From positions 576,001 to 640,000 of the forward strand of contig OY764159.1 of NCBI GenBank assembly GCA_963668175.1: DNA of 64,000 nt, read 5' to 3'. The notes beneath the pieces are model-generated. The model was not told the DNA's origin. It searched no databases and saw only the letters and a program-made list of their open reading frames with translations. The position numbers and the translations under genes were made by a program. This stretch comes from Syntrophales bacterium (GTDB taxonomy: Bacteria; Desulfobacterota; Syntrophia; Syntrophales; PHBD01). This document shows positions 24,145 through 34,474 of this stretch, in pieces. Positions within the stretch are counted from its first letter, which is position 1. Each line of letters opens with the position of its first letter.

Positions 24145-24299
24145 GGTTCGCTGCCGTCGAATTTAAATGAAGGAATGCCCATGCCTGTACAACTCTTAAA
24201 GCCGACCATGATCGCGTAGCGTACGGCTCGTGCGGATGAGCGTAATGAAAATGCCGTATTGCCCGTCGGTCCCGGCGACAATCTTAGACAGGACTTGCT

Positions 24300-24806
24300 A
24301 TGAACGATCCGCTTACGTCCCGTAAGCCTTTTATCATCGGAATCATGGGAGGTCAAGATGCCGATCCGGATATCTTGAAGGAAGCACGGCACTTAGGCGA
24401 TGAAATCGCTAAGCGGGGCTGGGTTGTTCTCACGGGCGGCGGTCCCGGCGTGATGAGGGCGGCCTCGGAAGGCGCCCACCGGGCCGGAGGCCTGGTGATC
24501 GCTATTCTGCCCAATGAACGCAAACGGCCTCTCGCCGGGTATCCCAACGAATTCGTGGATATTCCCATTTATACCGGCATGTCGGACGCACGGGATGCCA
24601 TCAATGCGAAAACGCCCCACGTCCTGATCGCCCTGCGGGGCGGTGCTGGTACGGTCGCAGAGATTGCCCTCGCCGTGAAGTCGGGAACGCCCATCATTTG
24701 TCTCCATGACCCCGGTTTGACGGGGCCCGCGTTTCGCGATCTGATCGTCGCCGAGACGGTCGAGGCCGTCATGGAGATACTGGACCAGATGTTAAGCACC
24801 CAGTGA
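24300..24806 (+). CDS. TIGR00725 / LOG-like Rossmann-fold protein
   Basis: LTGGGPGVMRAASEGA, TGMSDARD, GGAGTVAEIALA. Confidence 0.8.
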   Translation: MNDPLTSRKPFIIGIMGGQDADPDILKEARHLGDEIAKRGWVVLTGGGPGVMRAASEGAHRAGGLVIAILPNERKRPLAGYPNEFVDIPIYTGMSDARDAINAKTPHVLIALRGGAGTVAEIALAVKSGTPIICLHDPGLTGPAFRDLIVAETVEAVMEILDQMLSTQ

Positions 24807-24859
24807 AGATCTTCCTGGTCCGGTGACCCGGTTTCCTTGGCCGGCGGAATCCGACACAC

Positions 24860-26905
24860 TTACTCCATAACAACAGGTTCCCTGAGGATGCATTCCCTGG
24901 CCCGGGCGGCGACAGCGGCCATGTCCGGATGCGTATCGCCCAGCGATGTGATCTGGCGGAGGTTGTCGGCCGTTCGCAGGACAAGCATGGCGAGGTCGCC
25001 GTCGGTCAGGCCGGTCGTCCTGATGACGTTCTCCCAATCGTTGCCCTGCGCCCATGTGTAAATAGCATATGCCGGCCAGAAATATTGGCGGTTGACGGCG
25101 AACCCCGCCGCCTTCATTCTGCCGATGAGAGGTTTGACGGCCAGGGCGACGCGCTGTGACGCCGAGCGCAGCTTGCGCGGGATCTTCTTTTCCGGAACCC
25201 CGGCCTCCTGGTCGCCGTCATAGACGAAAGGGGCGATCACGGCCGCGAAAAGCTTTTCGTCCGTCCGGGGAAGGACGTCCCGTCTCAGGCATTCCGCGAT
25301 TAGAAGGGGCTGGTCCAGCCTCAGTTTCGACGCCCAGCGGCCGTTATCGGTCAAGCGATTCTGATCGTCCACAAATCCTTCCGCCTTCAGAAAATCCAGA
25401 TGACGGCAGAAATCGTCCCACAGATTTCCGCCCTGACGGCCGAAATAGGATTGGGATTGAAAGGCCGCCAGCGATTTTTCGAATATGGCCTTGACGTCTT
25501 CCGGTGTCTGCGAAAGGAGCAGGTTAAGTACCATCGAAAAATCGTTTTTGATCCGGCTTTCGATGCTTTCCGGTTTGCGGAAGAGCAGCTTCTTGACGTG
25601 GTTCAAATCCATAAAGCGGCCGGGGACGGAGAGCATAAAACCGATCTTGTCCTGGCCCCGCCTTCCCGCCCGTCCCGTCATCTGGTGGAATTCTATGCCC
25701 GTCAGGGGGGCGAATTCTCTGCCGTTGAAGATATCCGAATTGAAAAGGACGATGGTCCTGGCCGGGAAATTGACGCCGGCGGCCACCGTGGAGGTGGCGA
25801 AGATAGCCTGGAGATGGCCCCGCTTCATCATGACCTCGACCAGGAATTTCCATGCAGGGAGCTGGCCTCCGTGATGAGCGGCCACCCGGCACTTCTCAAG
25901 ATAATGGAGCTGCTTATGATGCTTGAGGTATGGAAAGCGTTCCAGATGTTCGTCCAGTTCGTAGCCGAAGATATCGTCCTCAATGTCCTGGGTGGGATGG
26001 CAGGTTTTCAGGGCGGCATCGCATTCGGATCGCGATTTCAGGAAGAAAATGGCCGGCAGCAGGTGATATCTCTTCAAAACGGCAATGATTTCCCCAAAAT
26101 GGGGTGGGCGGCCGTACTTTCCCTGGGAACGCGCGAATTCGCCGACCCGGGCGAACAGTCGGTTCTGTTCGAGCAAAGGCATCAACCTGCCCGTCGGATG
26201 GAGAAAAAGTGGAAACAGAGGCACCGGTCGTCTTTCTTCTTTGATGACCGTGCAAGGTTTGCCCCGCAGCGAAGAAAGCCAGTCGGCGATTTCCTGGCCG
26301 TTGCCGATGGTCGCCGACAGAAGCAGGAGATTGATCCGCGAGGGCAGATAGATCATGATTTCTTCCCACACGACGCCGCGGTCTTTATCGCCGAGGAAAT
26401 GAGCCTCGTCCAGAATGACCAGATCGCAAGGAAGGTCCTTGCCCTGGTGCATGCTGTCGTAAAGCTGGTTTCTTAAAATTTCCGTTGTGCCTACGATAAT
26501 GGGCGCTTCGATATTCTCCTTCGTGTCGCCGGTGACGATGCCGACATTGTCGCTCTGGAAGTGATCGGCGAATTCGACCCATTTGGCGTTGGTGAGGGCT
26601 TTCAGTGGAGACGCATACCAGCATCGCCCGCCTTTACCGAATACGGATCTGATAGCCTGCTCTGCGATCCATGTTTTCCCTGATCCGGTCGGCGCAATGA
26701 CCATACAGTCGGCCTGGCTGATAGCGTCCAGAGCTCTTAATTGAAACTCGTCCGGAACAAAAGGCGTTTCGGCAGGTTTGCCGATGCGCGCAAAGACGTT
26801 CTTAAGGACCGGCTCGGCATCGGGATGCATCCTGGGGTGGTATGCGGGTTTCGGTGCCCGGCGGCGTTGCCGGTCCGAGGGCTTGCGGGGATAATGGGTT
26901 TGCAT
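24860..26905 (-). CDS. Ski2/HelY-like superfamily 2 RNA helicase
   Basis: APTGSGKT, PLKAL, DEAH, LSAT, HHGG, QMTGRAGRRG. Confidence 0.9.
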   Translation of the reverse strand: MQTHYPRKPSDRQRRRAPKPAYHPRMHPDAEPVLKNVFARIGKPAETPFVPDEFQLRALDAISQADCMVIAPTGSGKTWIAEQAIRSVFGKGGRCWYASPLKALTNAKWVEFADHFQSDNVGIVTGDTKENIEAPIIVGTTEILRNQLYDSMHQGKDLPCDLVILDEAHFLGDKDRGVVWEEIMIYLPSRINLLLLSATIGNGQEIADWLSSLRGKPCTVIKEERRPVPLFPLFLHPTGRLMPLLEQNRLFARVGEFARSQGKYGRPPHFGEIIAVLKRYHLLPAIFFLKSRSECDAALKTCHPTQDIEDDIFGYELDEHLERFPYLKHHKQLHYLEKCRVAAHHGGQLPAWKFLVEVMMKRGHLQAIFATSTVAAGVNFPARTIVLFNSDIFNGREFAPLTGIEFHQMTGRAGRRGQDKIGFMLSVPGRFMDLNHVKKLLFRKPESIESRIKNDFSMVLNLLLSQTPEDVKAIFEKSLAAFQSQSYFGRQGGNLWDDFCRHLDFLKAEGFVDDQNRLTDNGRWASKLRLDQPLLIAECLRRDVLPRTDEKLFAAVIAPFVYDGDQEAGVPEKKIPRKLRSASQRVALAVKPLIGRMKAAGFAVNRQYFWPAYAIYTWAQGNDWENVIRTTGLTDGDLAMLVLRTADNLRQITSLGDTHPDMAAVAARARECILREPVVME

Positions 26906-26999
26906 GCTGTGGTGATCTCCGGATCTGACTGCTTGCTTCCCTGTATCATATCTGGATACACCGGTAAAGGTTAACCCAAGAGGCCATCCCGGTTTTCTG

Positions 27000-27028
27000 T
27001 TGACAAATCAGGCCGCGCCCCGTAAGTT
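27000..27028 (+). promoter_or_regulatory. Sigma-70-type promoter candidate
   Basis: TTGACA-17 nt-TAAGTT, about 33 nt before the MFS gene. Confidence 0.6.
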
Positions 27029-27061
27029 CTCCGCCTGTTTTACGAAGAGAGCATGTGATCC

Positions 27062-28315
27062 ATGGTCCAAAGGAAATTATTCTGGGGTTGGTACGTCGTA
27101 GCCGGTACTTTCCTGATTTTTGCCGTCAATTACGGCGTTCGTTACAGTTTCGGCATCTTTTTAAAGCCCATGTCGGCGGATTACGGGTGGGGGAGATCCG
27201 TTATCTCGATGGCCGCGTCCATCAATATGCTGGTCTATTCCATCGGATCTCTCTATTTGGGTACCCTGATCGACAAGGTTGCGCCCCGCTGGATTATGAC
27301 CGCCGGCGCTTTGTTGTCTGCGGCCGGTCTGATCTGTACGGCTTTCTTGAAGACCCCGATCGCCTTTTATCTGATTTACGGGATTCTATGCGGTGCCGGC
27401 GCTTCCGGAATGAGTGTCGTTGTCGGCAATTCGTCCGTAGGCAAGTGGTTCGTCAGAAAAAGGGGACTGGCCATCGGTATGACGACGATGGGCATCAGTG
27501 CCGGAACTATCGTCCTGACGGCCGTTTCGGGTTTCATTGTCGAATATTACGACTGGCATACCGGTTTTCTCATCCTGGGAGCGGCAACGCTGGTTGCCGG
27601 CGTAACGCTGCCCTGGTTTTTGTTGAGAAAGACGTATCCTGAAGCGTGCGGACTCAAGCCCGACGGCGATTTAGAGCAGAACCAAGCTTCTGAGGAAACA
27701 TCGCCCGACGGCCAGCCGGTAACCATCTCACACCGGGAAGCCATGCACAACCCCAAGGTTCTGGTGCTGGGCGGATCATACAGCCTGGCCGTTATGGTCC
27801 TCATGTCCGTGTTTGTTCATCAGGTGGCCTACGCCCTGGATCATGGCATCGGCAAAATAGCAGCGGCCTCTTCCATAGGTATCGTGAGTATGGCCGGCTT
27901 CGCCGGACAGTTTTTCTTCGGATGGTTAAGCGACCGGATTCCCGACCCCAAGTATGCGTCCTGTCTCGGCTTCTGCTTGATGGCGGCCGGTATCGCTATC
28001 CTTATCAACGCCGGGACGCCGCAGATGCTTTTCCTGTACTCCCTGGTATTCGGATTCGGATACGGCAGTCTTGCGCCCATGGTTCCCATCCTGATCGCCG
28101 ACCGCTTCGGACGTCACGTCCTTGGTACGATCTACGGCCTTGTTACGCTGTTCATCGGGATCGGCGGCTTCATCGGGCCGCTGCTCGGCGGGCTGGTCTA
28201 TGACTGTTCCGGTTCTTATAGTATGATGTGGCGGTTTAACCTGGGCGTTCTAGCCGGGGTTGCCGCCTTCATCCTGACTTTGAAACCGGCCCGCGATAGG
28301 GTGCCGCAGGCGTGA
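27062..28315 (+). CDS. MFS transporter (oxalate/formate or monocarboxylate-like)
   Basis: About 12 hydrophobic segments, GTLIDK, KWF..KRGLAIG, GWLSDRI. Confidence 0.88.
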   Translation: MVQRKLFWGWYVVAGTFLIFAVNYGVRYSFGIFLKPMSADYGWGRSVISMAASINMLVYSIGSLYLGTLIDKVAPRWIMTAGALLSAAGLICTAFLKTPIAFYLIYGILCGAGASGMSVVVGNSSVGKWFVRKRGLAIGMTTMGISAGTIVLTAVSGFIVEYYDWHTGFLILGAATLVAGVTLPWFLLRKTYPEACGLKPDGDLEQNQASEETSPDGQPVTISHREAMHNPKVLVLGGSYSLAVMVLMSVFVHQVAYALDHGIGKIAAASSIGIVSMAGFAGQFFFGWLSDRIPDPKYASCLGFCLMAAGIAILINAGTPQMLFLYSLVFGFGYGSLAPMVPILIADRFGRHVLGTIYGLVTLFIGIGGFIGPLLGGLVYDCSGSYSMMWRFNLGVLAGVAAFILTLKPARDRVPQA

Positions 28316-28349
28316 TGATCGAAATTCAAATGAAGGTCAAGGTGTGTTT

Positions 28350-29618
28350 ATGGTGCAATTGAACGGCTTGCTGATGTCATTTCTCTTCGTCTGTATCGTC
28401 AGTCTGCTCTGCCGCCTGCTGCTCGCACGGCTCAATGTGCGACATTTGCATCGGTTCGGTCATGACGTGCCGGCGGTCTTTGCCGGCGATATCGACGGCG
28501 ACACCTTGAAGAAGATAACGGATTATACCATTGCGACGTCAAGGTTCGGGTCATGGGCCACATGTTGTGAAGAAGCGATCTTCCTTGCCGTCCTCTTAAG
28601 CGGCGTGCTGCCGTGGCTCGTTGAGGTGATTCTCTCCTGGAAGCTCCATTTTGTCTTTTCCGGTTTGATTTTTTTCGGCATCCTGGCTCTCGCAAGCAGT
28701 CTTCTCAATATACCCTTCAGCCTTTACAGCACATTCGTCATCGAAAAGCGATTCGGCTTCAGCACGATGACGATAAAGCTGTGGGTCTCCGATTTCCTGA
28801 AAGGTTTGCTCATCTCCGCCGTTCTTTCAGCCGTTCTGCTCGGCACGTTCCTGGCGCTCATGTACTATGCCGCGGCCACCTGGTGGATTTGGGTGTGGAT
28901 CGTTTTCGCCCTTTTCCAGATGCTCCTGCTGTGGCTCTATCCAGTCTTAATCGCACCGCTGTTCAATAAATATGAGCCGGTGAAGGACGAAGCCCTCAAG
29001 GAAGCCGTCGTGGATGTGATGAACCGGGCCGGTCTGAAAATCAAAGGCGTCTATCAAGTGGACGAGGGCAAAAGGACCAAACACACCAACGCCTATTTTA
29101 CCGGTTTGGGCCGGACGAAACGCATCGTCCTTTTCGATACCCTGATCGCTTCCAACTCAACCGAAGAAATCGTCTCCGTCCTGGCCCATGAAATCGGTCA
29201 CTGGAAGAAGAGGCACATCATGAAGCAGCTCATATTCATGGAAGCAGCATCTTTGATCAGTTTCTATGTCGCCTACCGGTTCATCGGCTGGACCCTCCTG
29301 TACCGGACATTCGGCTTTCAAGACGTTATCCCGTATGTCGGCCTGCTTCTGCTCGGAGCGCTTTTCGGCCCTCTCTCTTTCTTTTTCACGCCTTTCGGCG
29401 CCTGGATGTCCCGGAAGTTTGAAAGGGAGGCCGACGATTTTGCCTTCGAACTTATGGGTACGGCCGAGCCTTTGATACATGCCCTGAAGCGGCTGGCCAA
29501 GGACAATCTGTCCAATCTCCACCCCCACCCTTTTTATGCCTGGTTCTATTATTCCCATCCCCCGCTGGCGGAACGAATCGACCATCTGCAAGGCATGGCC
29601 GTGGAAAAAATGACTTGA
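28350..29618 (+). CDS. M48 family zinc metallopeptidase (Ste24-like)
   Basis: NAYFTG, HEIGH, SRKFEREAD, YSHPPLAERI. Transmembrane N-terminal half. Confidence 0.92.
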   Translation: MVQLNGLLMSFLFVCIVSLLCRLLLARLNVRHLHRFGHDVPAVFAGDIDGDTLKKITDYTIATSRFGSWATCCEEAIFLAVLLSGVLPWLVEVILSWKLHFVFSGLIFFGILALASSLLNIPFSLYSTFVIEKRFGFSTMTIKLWVSDFLKGLLISAVLSAVLLGTFLALMYYAAATWWIWVWIVFALFQMLLLWLYPVLIAPLFNKYEPVKDEALKEAVVDVMNRAGLKIKGVYQVDEGKRTKHTNAYFTGLGRTKRIVLFDTLIASNSTEEIVSVLAHEIGHWKKRHIMKQLIFMEAASLISFYVAYRFIGWTLLYRTFGFQDVIPYVGLLLLGALFGPLSFFFTPFGAWMSRKFEREADDFAFELMGTAEPLIHALKRLAKDNLSNLHPHPFYAWFYYSHPPLAERIDHLQGMAVEKMT

Positions 29619-29698
29619 TTTTTATGATGCGGCCGATACATTGGGTAAGGATAGATGTTGTCGATACTCTTATTTTTTGCTGAACCAAGGAGTGAACG

Positions 29699-30193
29699 GT
29701 GCCCATTTACGAATTTTACTGCCGACGGTGCAATACGATTTATAATTTCTATTCCAGGGTCATCAATACCGACAAAGTACCCAGGTGCCCGTCCTGCAAG
29801 ACGGTCAGGCTGAAACGCCAGATGTCCGTATTTGCCAAGATTTCCGGGGGTAAAGACGATATCGCCGGTGATGACGTCATGCCGCAGTTGGATGATGCCA
29901 AAATGGAGAAGGCTATCGCCATGCTGGCCAGTGAAGCGGAGGCCATCAATGAAGATAATCCCCGGCAGACGGCCGGCCTGATGCGGAAGCTTTCCGAGGT
30001 GACAGGCATGAAACTGGGGCCCGGGATGGAAGAAGCCCTGAACCGCTTGGAAAAAGGGGAGGATCCGGAGAAAATTGAAGAGGATATGGGCGCCCTGCTT
30101 GAGGGCGAAGAGCCGTTCATGCTGCCGTCAAGAAAAGGCAAGGCCGGTAAAGCGCCAAGGCCGCGGATAGATGAGACCCTTTACGATTTATGA
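29699..30193 (+). CDS. FmdB-family zinc-ribbon protein
   Basis: MPIYEFYCRRC...CPSC N-terminus. AAGGAG RBS, GTG start. Confidence 0.85.
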   Translation: MPIYEFYCRRCNTIYNFYSRVINTDKVPRCPSCKTVRLKRQMSVFAKISGGKDDIAGDDVMPQLDDAKMEKAIAMLASEAEAINEDNPRQTAGLMRKLSEVTGMKLGPGMEEALNRLEKGEDPEKIEEDMGALLEGEEPFMLPSRKGKAGKAPRPRIDETLYDL

Positions 30194-30225
30194 GAGTATG
30201 CCGCCGAGGAAGAACGGCCCCCGTT

Positions 30226-30834
30226 TCAGACAAATAGCGCCATGAGGGCTTCGGCCATCAGGCGATAGCCCCGTTCGGTGGGGTGAACCATGTCGTACTG
30301 GACCAGCGATTGAAAATCCGTCTCGCCGTCGTCCATTTTTGCCTTCCAATAGCGGTGGGTCAAAGAAACAGCTAGGTTGTATTCGTTACCCAAATCGATA
30401 AGCTGTTGATAGAATTCCTCAACGAAACCGCTGTCTTCGTTGCCGCCCATGTAGCTGGACGTCAGAAGGACGATATCCGCCTCGGGGTCTTCCCGGACGG
30501 CGTCGATCATTTTCCTGATATTCATTTTGAATTGTCCGGCCGTGAATCCCAGGAAGGCATCGTTGAGGGCGTATTGGATCAGGACGCAGTCCGGCTTGTA
30601 TTCGAGAATATCCCACTTCAGCCGGTACGCCCCGCTGTCCGCCGTATCCCCCGGCACACCCCTGGCGACGACGTTGATTCTGGTCGCAGGATACTGCTTT
30701 TGCAGCATATCTTTGAAGATATCGATATAACCCCTGCGGACCATCCAGCTTGCCGTCAGCGAGTCGCCGATGGCGGCGATCGTGACGGGGCTGCCGGAAC
30801 CCAGTTTCTGGATCGTTTTAAAAGGCTTGGCCAT
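30226..30834 (-). CDS. SGNH/GDSL hydrolase
   Basis: GDSLT, GVPGDT, LND, DMVHP. Confidence 0.88.
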   Translation of the reverse strand: MAKPFKTIQKLGSGSPVTIAAIGDSLTASWMVRRGYIDIFKDMLQKQYPATRINVVARGVPGDTADSGAYRLKWDILEYKPDCVLIQYALNDAFLGFTAGQFKMNIRKMIDAVREDPEADIVLLTSSYMGGNEDSGFVEEFYQQLIDLGNEYNLAVSLTHRYWKAKMDDGETDFQSLVQYDMVHPTERGYRLMAEALMALFV

Positions 30835-30843
30835 TTTTACATG

Positions 30844-30877
30844 AAAAAAGGAGAGAGGGACGCTTCCCTCTCTCCTT
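30844..30877 (-). terminator. Intrinsic terminator after acyl-CoA dehydrogenase
   Basis: 13-bp perfect stem AAGGAGAGAGGGA/TCCCTCTCTCCTT, 4-nt loop, T-tract on the minus strand. Confidence 0.85.
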
Positions 30878-30893
30878 GCAGTTGAGTATTGCG

Positions 30894-32042
30894 TTATCTG
30901 GCGCCGAGAAGTTTGCGGGCGATGACGACGCGCTGGATTTCGTTGGTTCCTTCATAAATCTGGCAGATCTTGGCATCCCTCATGTGCCTTTCAGCGGGGT
31001 ATTCCTTGCAGTATCCATATCCGCCGAAAATCTGGACGCCCTCGATGGCCGCCCTCATGGCCACGTCGGACGCATACATCTTGGCCATGGCAGATTCCTT
31101 CTCATAATCCAGATGATTGTCTTCCATCCAGGCGGCTCGGAGCAGCAGCAGTTCCGCTGCGTCGAGTTCGGTGGCCATGTCGGCCAGCTTGAACTGGATC
31201 GCCTGGAACGTGGAGATGGGCTTGCCGAACTGCACTCTTTCCTTCGCGTAATTCAAGGCGTCTTCCAGGGCGGCTTTACCGATACCGCATGCCTGGGAGC
31301 CGATGCCGATGCGGCCGCAATCGAGACCGGACAACATCTGACGGAACCCTTGGCCGACCTTACCCAAGAGGTTGGCCGCCGGGACTTCTGCATCCTCGAA
31401 GACCAGTTCGGCCGTTCCGGAGGCCAGAATGCCCATTTTCTCTTCGATCTTGCCGAGGGAGAAGCCCTTGGTGTTCTTCAGATCGACGATCAGGTTGATG
31501 ACGCCCTTATAGGCGAGCGCCGGGTCGGTGGTGCAGGCCAGGACGCAGTACTGCGCGACATTGCCGTTGGTGATGAATCGCTTGGTTCCATTGAGAACAT
31601 ACTTGTCGCCCTTCAACTCGGCACGACAGGCCAGCGATGCGGCGTCGGAGCCGGCTCCGGCTTCCGTCAGGGCGTAGCAACCCTCGACTTTTCCGCTTGC
31701 CACCGGGGTGAGGAATTTCTTCTTTTGTTCTTCCGTGCCGTACATTTTGACCGGGAAGCCGTAGAGCGAATTATTGACTGAGACGATGACACCGGTACTG
31801 GCACAGGCTTTGGAGATGGCGATCATACAGAGAACGTAGGTGACCGTATCCATACCGGCGCCGCCGTATTCTGTCGGGACACCGACACCCATGATGCCCA
31901 TTTCACCCAGCTTGCGGCAGATTTCCTCCGGATGACGATGGGTGTGATCGAGTTCGGCAGCGATTGGTTTGATCTGGGTTTCGGCGAACTTGGTTACCTG
32001 GTCCTTTACCATTTGCTGTTCTTCGGTTAATCCAAAATTCAT
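30894..32042 (-). CDS. Acyl-CoA dehydrogenase (short-chain/butyryl-CoA type)
   Basis: ALTEAGAGSDA, NGTKRFITNG, RVQFGKPI, QIFGGYGY, IYEGTNEIQR. Confidence 0.93.
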   Translation of the reverse strand: MNFGLTEEQQMVKDQVTKFAETQIKPIAAELDHTHRHPEEICRKLGEMGIMGVGVPTEYGGAGMDTVTYVLCMIAISKACASTGVIVSVNNSLYGFPVKMYGTEEQKKKFLTPVASGKVEGCYALTEAGAGSDAASLACRAELKGDKYVLNGTKRFITNGNVAQYCVLACTTDPALAYKGVINLIVDLKNTKGFSLGKIEEKMGILASGTAELVFEDAEVPAANLLGKVGQGFRQMLSGLDCGRIGIGSQACGIGKAALEDALNYAKERVQFGKPISTFQAIQFKLADMATELDAAELLLLRAAWMEDNHLDYEKESAMAKMYASDVAMRAAIEGVQIFGGYGYCKEYPAERHMRDAKICQIYEGTNEIQRVVIARKLLGAR

Positions 32043-32100
32043 TTTGTACCCCCCTTTCGGTAGTTGTTATTCAGTGACCATCGCACAGCGACCGCCTTGA

Positions 32101-32150
32101 GAGGTGTGAAGAGCAGTGAAGATAACTAAAGAGAACTGAAGAGAGCTGAT
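32101..32150. repeat. Five imperfect tandem 10-bp repeats (consensus GAGAACTGAA)
   Basis: gaggtgtgaa/gagcagtgaa/gataactaaa/gagaactgaa/gagagctgat. Confidence 0.7.
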
Positions 32151-32183
32151 CGCTGCAACTCCGATCGTTCTGTTCGCAGACGG

Positions 32184-32966
32184 CTAGTAACCTTTATAGT
32201 TGGGTTTTCTCTTCTCCAGGAAGGCGGTCATGCCTTCTTTTTGATCGTCGGTGCTGAAACACTGAGCGCAACATTCCGTTTCCAGACGATTACCGTTGTC
32301 GAGCGCAAGATCGTACCCGTAGTTGATGGCATGTTTACCCATTTTCAGGGCAAAACCGGGGAGCGTGGCCATCTTCTGGGCGAATTTCATGGTTTCCGGC
32401 AGCAACTGGTCTGCGGGATAAATACGGTTAACGAGGCCGACTTCGTAAGCCCTCTTGGCGTCGATCTGTTCGCCGCCCAGGATAATTTCTTTCGCTCTTC
32501 CCATACCGATGAGCCGAGGCAATCTCTGGGTGCCTCCCCATCCGGGGATCAATCCGATCAGGATCTCCGGCTGGCCGAAACGGGCTTTTTCGGATGCGAA
32601 GCGCATGTCGCAACTCATGGCGATTTCCGTGCCTCCACCCAGGGCAAAGCCGTTAACGGCGGCAATCGAGGGTTTGGACATGGTTTCGAGCGACCGCATC
32701 GTTTCATGACCCAGTTCCATGAAGGCAAGAGCATCCTTGGGGCGCAAATGCTGCATTTCTGCAATATCCGCCCCTGCCACAAAGGCCTTGTCACCGCCTC
32801 CGGTCAGGACCAGAACTTTGATGCTGTCGTCGCTCTTGCAGACCGCAACCGCCGCTGCGAGTTCCGTCATCGTCGCCGAATCCATGGCGTTCAAAGCCTT
32901 GGGCCGGTTGAAGGTTAACAGTGCAACCCCTCCTTCTACCTGGAAGATGATATTCTTGTACTCCAT
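32184..32966 (-). CDS. Enoyl-CoA hydratase (crotonase)
   Basis: NRPKALNA, FVAGADI, GFALGGGTE, FGQPE..IGLIPGWGGTQRL. Confidence 0.92.
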   Translation of the reverse strand: MEYKNIIFQVEGGVALLTFNRPKALNAMDSATMTELAAAVAVCKSDDSIKVLVLTGGGDKAFVAGADIAEMQHLRPKDALAFMELGHETMRSLETMSKPSIAAVNGFALGGGTEIAMSCDMRFASEKARFGQPEILIGLIPGWGGTQRLPRLIGMGRAKEIILGGEQIDAKRAYEVGLVNRIYPADQLLPETMKFAQKMATLPGFALKMGKHAINYGYDLALDNGNRLETECCAQCFSTDDQKEGMTAFLEKRKPNYKGY

Positions 32967-33029
32967 TGATTCCCTCCTCCTTTCGTTTGAGTATCCTGAT
33001 CTATTTATGAAGTGAGATATCGTATTCGA

Positions 33030-33060
33030 CTCCCCCCCGGCCGGGAAGACCGGGGAGGAG
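33030..33060. other. GC-rich intergenic hairpin without U-tract
   Basis: CTCCCCCCCGG / CCGGGGAGGAG stem between thiolase and crotonase. Confidence 0.5.
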
Positions 33061-33088
33061 GAACTTACCGAAAACAGAAGGCGGACAT

Positions 33089-34378
33089 TTAAGCTTTCTC
33101 AAGGACCATGCTCATGCCCTGACCGCCGCCGATGCACAGGGAGGCCAGACCGAGCTTCACGCCCGTTTTCTTCATCTGCATGGCGAGACTGTAGGTAATC
33201 CTGGCGCCGGTGCAGCCGATCGGATGGCCGATGGAGATGCCGCTTCCGTTAAGGTTGCATTTTGCCAGATCGACACCCAGCTCTTTGATGCAGCCCAGGG
33301 CCTGGCAAGCGAAGGCTTCGTTCAGTTCGATGAGGCCGATGTCTTTCATGCCGATGCCCAGTTTGCTGAAGACCTTCCTGGTGGCCGGAATGGGGCCGAG
33401 GCCCATGTACGCCGGATCGACGCCGCCCGAAGCATAGCCTTTGATCTTGGCCAACGGAGTAAGTTTGAGCGCTTTGGCCTTTTCCGCGCTCATCACGACG
33501 ACGGCACAGGCGCCGTCGTTGATGCCGGAGGCGTTGCCCGCCGTGACGGACCCAGTCTTCTTGAAAACGGGCGCCAGTTTCGCCATCTTTTCCAGGGTGG
33601 TGTCCATGGGACGCTCGTCGACGTTGAAAATCTTGGGATCGCCCTTCTTCTGGGGGATGACCACCGGCACGATTTCGTCGGCGACGGCGCCGCTGGCGAT
33701 GGCGGCCCGGGCGCGGCGATGGCTCTCATAGGCAAGCTGGTCCTGCTCTTCTCTCGTGATGCCGTACTTCTCGGCAATGTTTTCCGCCGTGAAGCCCATA
33801 TGATAGGCGTTGAAGATTTCCCACAGACCGTCATGAACCATCAAGTCCGTGACTTGGCCGTAGGGCATATTCATCCGGTATCCCCAGCGGGCGTTCGGAA
33901 TCGCATAGGGGACATTGCTCATGTTCTCCATGCCGCCGGCAACGATGATATCGGCATCGCCCGCCACGATGGCCTGAGCGGCCAGGGCAATGGCCTTCAT
34001 TCCGGATGCGCATACTTTCTGGACCGTGAAAACATTCGTTTCCTCGGGAAGACCGGCATAAATGGACGCCTGGCGCGGTGGATTCTGGCCCACGCCGGCA
34101 TTCAGAACGTTGCCCATGATAACTTCGTCGAAGTAGACGGGCGTTAAGGAACTGTCATAATCATAATACTTCTTCTGGACATCCGTCATGTCGAATTTCC
34201 CGAATTTGTCGGGGCGGAAACCTTTGACTTCGTCGGAAATGGCCGGTCTCAGACCTGCTCTTTTGATGGCTTCTTTGATACAGAGACGGCCTATTTCCAC
34301 CACCGAAATCCCTTTTAAGGACCCGCCGAATTCGCCAACGGCAGTCCTCGCACCACTCACTATTACCGCTTCTCTCAT
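33089..34378 (-). CDS. Acetyl-CoA C-acyltransferase (thiolase)
   Basis: KVCASGM, GNASGINDG, ELNEAFA, GHPIG, CIGGGQG. Confidence 0.95.
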   Translation of the reverse strand: MREAVIVSGARTAVGEFGGSLKGISVVEIGRLCIKEAIKRAGLRPAISDEVKGFRPDKFGKFDMTDVQKKYYDYDSSLTPVYFDEVIMGNVLNAGVGQNPPRQASIYAGLPEETNVFTVQKVCASGMKAIALAAQAIVAGDADIIVAGGMENMSNVPYAIPNARWGYRMNMPYGQVTDLMVHDGLWEIFNAYHMGFTAENIAEKYGITREEQDQLAYESHRRARAAIASGAVADEIVPVVIPQKKGDPKIFNVDERPMDTTLEKMAKLAPVFKKTGSVTAGNASGINDGACAVVVMSAEKAKALKLTPLAKIKGYASGGVDPAYMGLGPIPATRKVFSKLGIGMKDIGLIELNEAFACQALGCIKELGVDLAKCNLNGSGISIGHPIGCTGARITYSLAMQMKKTGVKLGLASLCIGGGQGMSMVLEKA

Positions 34379-34474
34379 CTGTCTTTATCTCCTTTCAAGA
34401 AATTATATTATTGGCGTCGCCTCAGCCATGATTCAGCACATTCTGTGGATCAAAATAGAAAAGCGTCGGCAGAC

